From: Candidatus Marsarchaeota archaeon
Lineage (GTDB): Archaea; Micrarchaeota; Micrarchaeia; Micrarchaeales; CABMGC01
Length of the DNA stretch: 33,841 nucleotides
NCBI GenBank assembly: GCA_023485825.1
Contig: JAMCZF010000051.1
Span: forward strand, 1 to 33,841
Direction: 5' to 3'
A model generated the notes under the pieces. That model was not told where the DNA came from. It saw nothing but the letters and a program-made list of their open reading frames with translations, and did not search any database. Position numbers and translations under genes: made by a program. Below are positions 27,195 to 33,841 of this stretch, one piece after another. Every line of letters starts with the position of its first letter. The stretch's first letter is position 1.

Positions 27195-28400
27195 TCAGCC
27201 GTTCCGCATCCTTTCCTCTATCCTTATGAGCTCGTTGTGCTTTGCTGTCCTCTCGCCGCCGATGGTTCCGGTCTTGATGTAGCCTATTCCCAGGCCAACT
27301 GCGAGATGCGCTATCGTCGAATCTTCTGTCTCTCCGCTCCTGTGCGATATGACTGTCTTGTAGTTGCTCCTCTTCGCGAGCTCCACTGTATCGATCATGT
27401 CGGACAGGGTGCCTATCTGGTTGGGCTTTATCAGTATGGCGTTTGCTGCGCCCATGCCTATGCCCTTCTGCAGGCGCTCCTTGTTCGTTACAAAGAGGTC
27501 GTCACCTATTATCATGGTCTTGCTCCCTATCTTCTTGGTGAGCCTTGCAAACCCATCGAAGTCGCTCTCGTCGAGCGGATCCTCAAGTGACCTTATGCCA
27601 AACCTCTGCGCGAGATCTGCGACGAAGTCTATCTGCTCGTCCGTTGAGAGTATCCTGTCCCCGTACGAGTAGGTGCCGTTGTCGCAGAATTCCGAAGCGG
27701 CAAGGTCCACTGATAAACCTATGTCGGCCTTGGTTTCGTCTGATGCCGCTTTTATGGCATCTGAGAGTATCTCAAGGGCCTCGTCATCACTCAGCGGCGC
27801 GACCCATGCCTTCTCGTCGCCAAGGCCCAGGCTCAGCTGCGGGAACTTCCCGCGGAGAAGCTTGCCTGCGTTCTTGTGCACCGATACGTTGGCGAATGCC
27901 GACTCGGAATAGCTGCCAGCGCGCGCAAGAGAAAGGAATTCCTGCATCGTGGTGCCGTTTATGGCGTGCCGGCCGCCGCCTATTATGTTGCCTATGGGAA
28001 TTGGAAGGCTTTTTGCTTTCCCCGTGGACAGCGCCTGGTAAAGCTCCATGTTTTCAGACAGCGCAGAGGCCTTGGCGTATGCTAGTGACATGGCCACAGC
28101 AACATTGCCGCCTATTCTCGCGAAGTCATTCGTGCCGTCGGCCTCGTGCAGCATCGCATCGAAGTTCTTCTGGTCTGAGAGGCGCATGCCGACTGCCATG
28201 TGCGCTACCCTCTCAAAGGCCCTTATGCCCTGGTCTATCCCGCCGCCGGGATAGTCCTTCACCTCGAAGGTTCCCTTGCTCGCTCCGCTCGGTGCGGATG
28301 CCCTCCCTACGGCCCTGTTTGATATTATGTCGACTTCTGCTGTTGGATTGCCCCTCGAGTCTATTATCTTGCGTATTACTGCATTGGTTATCTCTGCCAT
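27195..28400 (-). CDS. eno: Enolase
   Basis: IDSRGNPT, PSGAS, GDDLFVTN, LIKPNQIGT, SHRSGETED. ATG 28400 preferred. Confidence 0.97.
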   Translation of the reverse strand: MAEITNAVIRKIIDSRGNPTAEVDIISNRAVGRASAPSGASKGTFEVKDYPGGGIDQGIRAFERVAHMAVGMRLSDQKNFDAMLHEADGTNDFARIGGNVAVAMSLAYAKASALSENMELYQALSTGKAKSLPIPIGNIIGGGRHAINGTTMQEFLSLARAGSYSESAFANVSVHKNAGKLLRGKFPQLSLGLGDEKAWVAPLSDDEALEILSDAIKAASDETKADIGLSVDLAASEFCDNGTYSYGDRILSTDEQIDFVADLAQRFGIRSLEDPLDESDFDGFARLTKKIGSKTMIIGDDLFVTNKERLQKGIGMGAANAILIKPNQIGTLSDMIDTVELAKRSNYKTVISHRSGETEDSTIAHLAVGLGIGYIKTGTIGGERTAKHNELIRIEERMRNG

Positions 28401-28468
28401 TGGAACTCCAGTGATACTTACCTGAAAAGGTATAATAATGCATTTAGAGAATATCAAGTGGTGCAGTC

Positions 28469-28789
28469 ATGGACTTCGCGGAATATCAGAGAAACACGCA
28501 TGAGACGGCGGTATATCCTAAGAACCTGGATGGCGGCATATACTACCCGGCGTTAGGGCTTGCCGGCGAGGTAGGCGAGCTCCTCAACAAGATAAAGAAG
28601 ACCGCAAGGGACGGGGAGGAGCTGGACAAGGAGGCCATAAAGGGCGAGTTGGGTGACATCCTGTGGTACGTCTCACGGATAGCGTACGAAGCCGGGATAG
28701 GTCTCGAGGACATTGCGGTGTACAACATAGAGAAACTGAGGAGCAGGAAGGAGCGCGGTGTCATAAGTGGAAGCGGAGACAGGAGATAG
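28469..28789 (+). CDS. MazG-like nucleoside triphosphate pyrophosphohydrolase
   Basis: LGLAGEVGE...ELGDILWY...NIEKL..R..RG.I.GSGD. Confidence 0.92.
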   Translation: MDFAEYQRNTHETAVYPKNLDGGIYYPALGLAGEVGELLNKIKKTARDGEELDKEAIKGELGDILWYVSRIAYEAGIGLEDIAVYNIEKLRSRKERGVISGSGDRR

Positions 28790-29381
28790 GCCAGCAGGCA
28801 GAACCGTCTGCGTAATAAACGTAGACAGGGACGAGGTCCTGAAGAAGCTGAAGGCCCTGAAAGCGAAGATGCACTCCAAGCGCATTTCGAAGAGCGTCAC
28901 CTTCGAGATAGAGCCTGTCGCAGGCCCTCGGGCGCTTGGTCTTGGTTCCGAGTACGACACATGGATGAGGATAAGCGCTGACGAAGGCAGGACTACCCTG
29001 ACGCTCAGGCACATACCTGCGCTGAGGAGGCTGCCCAAGGAGCACACGATAGCGGTTCATGACTTCTTCACGGCCGTGAAGATAGCAAGGATGATTTTGC
29101 ACGGGGTCAACTACAGTTATCTGGAGATAGAACGGGAGTCATACGGCGTGGATAACTGCACGATTACGCTGGTGCAGAGGCCGTACATGAACTGCGAGCT
29201 CGAGATAAGCGCGCATTCCAAGAAGCACGCATTGGAGTTTTTCAGGAGCTTTGGGATAAAGGGGGACATAAGCCCGGCCTTCAACGTGCCGGAGAGCGTG
29301 TACTACAAGCTGCGCGGCCTGGATTTCGACATGATAAGAAGGCAGTACAACAAGAAGCTGGAGAAGCTGCTTTCGGAGTGA
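28767..29381 (+). CDS. CYTH/triphosphate tunnel-like protein with degenerate catalytic motifs
   Basis: NVDRDEVLKKLKALKAK, WMRI...TTLTL, VHDF, ERESY and LEI follow CYTH spacing, but ExExK is absent. Confidence 0.65.
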   Translation: MEAETGDRPAGRTVCVINVDRDEVLKKLKALKAKMHSKRISKSVTFEIEPVAGPRALGLGSEYDTWMRISADEGRTTLTLRHIPALRRLPKEHTIAVHDFFTAVKIARMILHGVNYSYLEIERESYGVDNCTITLVQRPYMNCELEISAHSKKHALEFFRSFGIKGDISPAFNVPESVYYKLRGLDFDMIRRQYNKKLEKLLSE

Positions 29382-29385
29382 TGGA

Positions 29386-30078
29386 ATGGAGTATGATGTT
29401 GTGATGAAACAGCTGTATTCCATGGGGAACAGACGCAATGTCGAGGGCATGAAGAGGTTCGGCATTGTTGCAGACAATACGTTGGGCATACCGGTCCCTA
29501 AACTTAGGGAGTTGGCGAAGAGCATTGGCAGGGACCAAGGCCTTTCCCTGAGGCTTTGGGACTCTGGCGTCCATGAAGCAATGGTCCTTGCCACCATAAT
29601 TGCAGATCGTGACAAGACAACAGGCAAACAGTTAGAGAGGTGGGTGAAGGACATTAACTCGTGGGACGTATGCGACTCTGCATGCAGCATGTTCTCATGG
29701 ACGCGGTTCGCACTCGACAAAGTCGGGGAGTGGAGCAGCCGCAGGCCAGAATACGAGAAGCGGGCCTCGTTCTCGCTCATCGCGTACATCGCAGTGCACA
29801 GGAAGGAATTGGATGACAGGGTATTCGTCGGATTCCTGCCTTTGATAATCAGGGAATCGGCAGACGGCAGGAACTCCGTCAAGAAGGCGGTCAACTGGGC
29901 ACTGCGGGAGATCGGGAAGAGGAACATGCGCCTGAACAAGGTTGCGATAAAAACGGCAATGCAGCTCAAGAAAAGCGAATCGAGGAGCGCAAGATGGATA
30001 GGCAGCGATGCGTATCGCGAGCTTGCGGGAGAGGCGGTGCAGGCAAGGCTTCGCAGTCGTTGTGGTATCCTGAATTAA
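29386..30078 (+). CDS. AlkD-family DNA alkylation repair protein
   Basis: LGIPVPKLRELAK, LWDSGVHEA, SWDVCD, VKKAVNWALREIGK. The last 5 codons and the stop lie inside the IS481 end. Confidence 0.92.
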   Translation: MEYDVVMKQLYSMGNRRNVEGMKRFGIVADNTLGIPVPKLRELAKSIGRDQGLSLRLWDSGVHEAMVLATIIADRDKTTGKQLERWVKDINSWDVCDSACSMFSWTRFALDKVGEWSSRRPEYEKRASFSLIAYIAVHRKELDDRVFVGFLPLIIRESADGRNSVKKAVNWALREIGKRNMRLNKVAIKTAMQLKKSESRSARWIGSDAYRELAGEAVQARLRSRCGILN

Positions 30079-31059
30079 TGTCCTCTCGGTAATCCTTTTT
30101 CGTCATCTCACCTTTTATTCATTATGGGTTCCATCATTTCCCTTGACATCTTGTTCAGATATGCGATATTTGGCGTTGTGTCCAGACTTAAATGAGGCGT
30201 ATTGTTATAGCACTCTACGAGTCTGTCAAGGTCAGAATCAAAACGTTTGTACAACCTGTCCATAGTGCCAAACCACCTTTCTATCTTTCCATTTGACTGA
30301 GGCCTCTTAACTGCGGACATAATGTGTTCTATTCCAAGCCTCTTCAACTCCTCTCTGAATCGGTATACCCTGTCCTCATCAATGCAGAATTGAGAACCAT
30401 GGTCGGTCATTATTTGTTTGGGTTTTCCGAACTTTTTCACTGCCCCATAAAGCACGTTTAATGCGTTTTCTGTCGTCGCGTTGTTGAATTTTCCATAACC
30501 TACAATCTTTCTAGATGCATCATCAATGTACGCAAGTATGTGGTTCCCGTAGCCATCTTCGCTGAAGTCCGCATGCCACAAACTGTTGCTATGCCTCCTC
30601 TCCCACCGAATCCAGTTCTTCCTCTTGATCTTTTTCCCTAGGGGTTTAGAGATGCCAGCATCGTCAAGTATCCTCTGTATTCGGTTGTGTGGTATTCTTG
30701 GTATGCCTACCAAATCGTGGTATTTCTCCATCTTTACCGCACACATTGGCATTTCTTCGTATGCTTTCAATACCATGTCCCTATCATCCTTGTCTATGGG
30801 GATTGGTTTTCTGCCTGGTTTTTGCAGCCGTATCTGATCTATCAGATAACCGGGCACATCCTCGTGCTTTTTCCGTAGCCTCCTGGCATGTCTCTCGGAT
30901 ATGTGTAACTGTTTGGAGATTCGGTACACTGATTGATCTTTTTTTCTCAGTTCTCGAATGCCCCATCTCATCCCCCTATTGGTTAAAGTCCTCATGACTT
31001 GTATATCCCTTACAAACTCTAATTCCTTTGTCGTGAGGACATTATTTCGGGATATGACA
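30061..31059 (-). mobile_element. IS481-family insertion sequence (999 bp)
   Basis: TGT...ACA ends. 28-bp TIRs TGTGGTATCCTGAATTAATGTCCTCTCG and (rc) TGTCATATCCCGAAATAATGTCCTCACG match 23/28. Visibly lower GC than flanks; no TSD seen. Confidence 0.9.
30108..30995 (-). CDS. IS481-family DDE transposase (rve integrase core)
   Basis: N-terminal HTH, LWHADF, IDDASR, TDHGSQF, PQSNGKIERW. Confidence 0.95.
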   Translation of the reverse strand: MRTLTNRGMRWGIRELRKKDQSVYRISKQLHISERHARRLRKKHEDVPGYLIDQIRLQKPGRKPIPIDKDDRDMVLKAYEEMPMCAVKMEKYHDLVGIPRIPHNRIQRILDDAGISKPLGKKIKRKNWIRWERRHSNSLWHADFSEDGYGNHILAYIDDASRKIVGYGKFNNATTENALNVLYGAVKKFGKPKQIMTDHGSQFCIDEDRVYRFREELKRLGIEHIMSAVKRPQSNGKIERWFGTMDRLYKRFDSDLDRLVECYNNTPHLSLDTTPNIAYLNKMSREMMEPIMNKR

Positions 31060-31154
31060 TCCCGCGACTGATGGTAAACCTATAAATATATGGCGCACGC
31101 CAGACAGTAACACGGCCTGAAGAGCCGTTATCTACGGGCATAAAGTCGAGCAAG

Positions 31155-32462
31155 ATGCGGAATAGGATGGAAAGAATCCCGGCGCCCAAGAGCGCAGCCG
31201 GCTCCAATGCGGACGCGCTCAGCAGGCTGCGCAGGGACCCTGCGTTGGAGCATATAGCTCCTTACCTCAGCCTAAGATCAGCCAAGCTTCCGACCGGAAT
31301 CCTGAGCAAGGACAGGCAGCGGATCGCTGAGCGCGTGGAAGCTGCGCTTTACGCGGGTGCAGGGGCAGGGAAGGCCCAGTCAGAGTACCGCAAACTGGCC
31401 GCAAGGTTCTCCAAGCTCATCGCTGTGCGGTATCTTGAGCGCGGCGTACACGTCCGCGGGATCACCGATAGCATGAGCATGTCCCTTCCGATGCTCGGAA
31501 GGCACCTGCGCACAGAGCTTGACACAGCAACTGAGCACGGGCTCCCGAATCCGGGCGTGAACCTGTCGCGGTACAGCGCTTCGCTGATGCTTGGTATAAA
31601 AGGGCTTCTGAGGCACCACAGGCACGGAGCGGTGCGCAGCAACGCGGACACGATATTCAACGTGGCGATGAAGCAGAGGCGCCCTCAGCTGGCAGCGAAA
31701 CTGGCAGAGGGCGCGCAGGGCACGTACGATAGGCTCGCAGGGCACCGGGACAGGATAGTGCGCAGCAACGCGGGGCTCCTGCTGTATGCCGCGCTTCTCA
31801 GGGGGGACCTGCAGCATGCGACGAAGATGGCAAGCATCGCGCAGGGGACGTACGCGTGGCTTATTAGACATCCCGAGGAGACGGTGCGCAGCAACGCGGG
31901 CAGCATAATGCACGCTGTCTTCCTGTGCGGCGACGTCCAGCGCGCAAGGTCGCTGGCAGAGGGCGCGCGCGTTGCATATGACATGCTGAAGTGCCACCGT
32001 CACAGGGCGGTGCGGAATAACGCGCGGACAATAATGTATGCGATGTTCAACAGCGGAAGCCTGTCGCTGCCAGAGCGCCTTGCAAGGGGCGCGGGAAAGG
32101 CGCATGCCTGGCTGTCTTCGCATGACGACGAGCTGGTGCGCAGGAACTCGGGAACAATACTGCAGATAGCCCTTGGCGCGGGCAGGCTCGCGCTTGTCAA
32201 GAGGTACGCGCGCATCGTAGCGCACGCGCACAAAAGGCTCGGGAGCAGCTCCAGCGCCGCGCTGCGCGTGGGCGCGAGAAGCAAGGCAAACATGATGCTG
32301 CGCACGCGGAGCCTCTCGCGCATGCGCAGACTCGCTTCCAAGCTCGAGATGCCAAGCATGGAAGCAGCGGGCCCGCATGCCATAAGGGCTGCAGGCGTGA
32401 TTCAAAGACATCGGGCACTTCAAGCTGAAAATCCTACAAAGTTGCGGTTGGAGAGCTCCTAG
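31155..32462 (+). CDS. Basic alpha-helical tandem-repeat protein (42-aa repeats)
   Basis: Five clear HxxxxVRxN(A/S) repeats at an exact 126-nt period plus a sixth degenerate unit. Confidence 0.75.
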   Translation: MRNRMERIPAPKSAAGSNADALSRLRRDPALEHIAPYLSLRSAKLPTGILSKDRQRIAERVEAALYAGAGAGKAQSEYRKLAARFSKLIAVRYLERGVHVRGITDSMSMSLPMLGRHLRTELDTATEHGLPNPGVNLSRYSASLMLGIKGLLRHHRHGAVRSNADTIFNVAMKQRRPQLAAKLAEGAQGTYDRLAGHRDRIVRSNAGLLLYAALLRGDLQHATKMASIAQGTYAWLIRHPEETVRSNAGSIMHAVFLCGDVQRARSLAEGARVAYDMLKCHRHRAVRNNARTIMYAMFNSGSLSLPERLARGAGKAHAWLSSHDDELVRRNSGTILQIALGAGRLALVKRYARIVAHAHKRLGSSSSAALRVGARSKANMMLRTRSLSRMRRLASKLEMPSMEAAGPHAIRAAGVIQRHRALQAENPTKLRLESS

Positions 32463-32513
32463 CCATGGAGAAGAACCTCTAAAATATATATCATGCAATC
32501 TATAAGGGATTTG

Positions 32514-33440
32514 ATGGTGAGTCTCTCCTTCAGCAATATAAGCAAGAGCTACACGAAGGGCAAGAAGGCCCTCAACAGGGTCAGCTTCAGCTACGACGGC
32601 AACGGCATACTCGCGCTCATCGGGCGCAACGGCGCGGGCAAGACGACCCTTATACGCATACTCGCGACAGAGCTGATGCCCGACAGCGGCACGGCCAGCA
32701 TTGACGGAATCGACCTGATAAAGGACCCAGACCGCGTGCGCGGCGACATGTCAATAGTTCCGCAAGAGGCGAGGACCATAGGCTGGCTCACCCCCGCGCA
32801 GAACATAACCACATACCTGCTATACAGGGGCCTGTCGTACAAAGAGGCATCGCTCCGTGCGCTGAAGGCCATGGAAGAGGTCGGCATATCCGAGTACAAG
32901 GACACTGTCACGAGGAAGCTCTCCGGCGGCACCAAGCGCAAGACCCTTGTGGCCATGATCCTCGCATCTGAATCAAGGCTCATATTCCTGGACGAGCCCA
33001 CCACCGGGCTGGATCCCATCTCAAGGGAGGAGCTGTGGAATGTGCTCAACAAGCTCAAGAAGGACAGGCTCATAGTACTAACAACGCATTACCTTGAGGA
33101 GGCGGAACGCCTTGCAGACAGGATATGCGTCATAGAAGACGGGAAACTCATGGCCCATGGCACCATGGACGAGCTGCGCATGAAGATACGATACCAGTAC
33201 AGCATAAGGCTGCCTGCGAACAGCTACAGGCCCAGGGCCAGGGGCAGGCTGGTGAGGGGCACAGACGGCGGCATGCAGATACTGACTGACGAGCAGGAAG
33301 CCTTCAGGGTATCGAAGGAGCTCATAAAGAAGGGCATAAGGTTCTCATCGAACCCAGTATCGCTGGAGGACATATTCTACTTCATTGTCAAGAAATCAAT
33401 CGACAGGGACGATAAAGAAGGCAATTACGATGAGTGGTAG
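32514..33440 (+). CDS. ABC-2 type exporter ATP-binding protein
   Basis: GRNGAGKTT, LSGG, IFLDEPTTGLDP, TTHYLEEAE. ATG 32514 preferred over 32493 given the TATA-like tract at 32481-32491. Confidence 0.95.
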   Translation: MVSLSFSNISKSYTKGKKALNRVSFSYDGNGILALIGRNGAGKTTLIRILATELMPDSGTASIDGIDLIKDPDRVRGDMSIVPQEARTIGWLTPAQNITTYLLYRGLSYKEASLRALKAMEEVGISEYKDTVTRKLSGGTKRKTLVAMILASESRLIFLDEPTTGLDPISREELWNVLNKLKKDRLIVLTTHYLEEAERLADRICVIEDGKLMAHGTMDELRMKIRYQYSIRLPANSYRPRARGRLVRGTDGGMQILTDEQEAFRVSKELIKKGIRFSSNPVSLEDIFYFIVKKSIDRDDKEGNYDEW

Positions 33441-33841
33441 GAACGCAGCGAGCCAGATACTCGCATCGGTGCTTGTCAATGCCATCTACGCCATGAAGAA
33501 TTACCCGGTAATGATGATAAACGCCATGCTTGCGCCGCTCTCGATACTGTTTGTCATAACCTTCGTGAGCAGGGGCGCGCTGGTTGGCGTAGGCATCGAG
33601 GGCGCGCTGATAATGACCATGATATCCAGCGGAATCGGCCTCCAAGGCGATCTCTCGCACCTCAAGAACGACTTCAAGCTGCAGGACATGGTTGTCACAT
33701 CGCCCACAAAGTCATCGACGTACATGGCAGGGATGGGCCTCTCTGAGATAATATACTCGCTTCCTGTCATAGCGTTGTTGACGGTGCTCGCAACAATATA
33801 CATACATCCCACGGCCCTGCAGCTTGAAGTCGTTCTTGAGG
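33430..33841 (+). CDS. ABC-2 type permease, partial (runs off the window)
   Basis: Manual translation MSGRNAASQILASVLVNAIYAMKNYPVMMINAMLAPLSILFVITF...QDMVVTSP...YMAG; hydrophobic; overlaps the ATPase stop. Confidence 0.88.
   Translation, partial: MSGRNAASQILASVLVNAIYAMKNYPVMMINAMLAPLSILFVITFVSRGALVGVGIEGALIMTMISSGIGLQGDLSHLKNDFKLQDMVVTSPTKSSTYMAGMGLSEIIYSLPVIALLTVLATIYIHPTALQLEVVLE

Noticed and set aside
31380..32498. 372-aa antisense ORF and other long antisense ORFs (27545..28414, 29139..29969, 6283..7026)
   Set aside because: Shadow ORFs of well-supported genes in GC-rich DNA.
1..33841. CRISPR array, Cas12f/Cas14 locus, tRNA or rRNA genes
   Set aside because: No regularly spaced repeat-spacer units, cas genes or cloverleafs were seen by eye; the tnpB has IS-type ends. 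A tRNAscan/Infernal run would be needed to exclude these fully.

Overview
Archaeal genomic window, most likely DPANN / Ca. Micrarchaeota. This is inferred from frequent ATA/AGG codons, TATA boxes about 30 bp before starts, archaeal lig, class III signal peptides and overall gene content; it is not confirmed by a search. The left half holds two convergent type IV pilus-like loci. The + operon encodes a divergent VirB11/ArlI-type ATPase, two small platform proteins and about nine pilin-like genes with Q(+1) class III signal peptides, several with an atypical Leu at -1. The - operon encodes a wHTH/coiled-coil protein, a canonical ATPase, a hypothetical protein and two TadC/T2SSF platform proteins. 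No prepilin peptidase is present in the window. These loci are followed by lig, an RlmM/FtsJ-like RNA methyltransferase, a Zn-finger/wHTH protein, two tandem FtsZ2-like genes, an HDAC-family deacetylase, an MFS pump, gpmI, eno, MazG-like, degenerate CYTH and AlkD genes, an IS481, a basic 42-aa tandem-repeat protein and an ABC exporter. One IS200/IS605 (TnpB) family has left three related footprints: a tnpB at the window edge whose left end is split by a 114-bp MITE with an 8-bp TSD, an ORF-less composite inside the - pilus operon, and an internally deleted copy ending 10 bp before gpmI. No CRISPR array, tRNA or rRNA was recognised.
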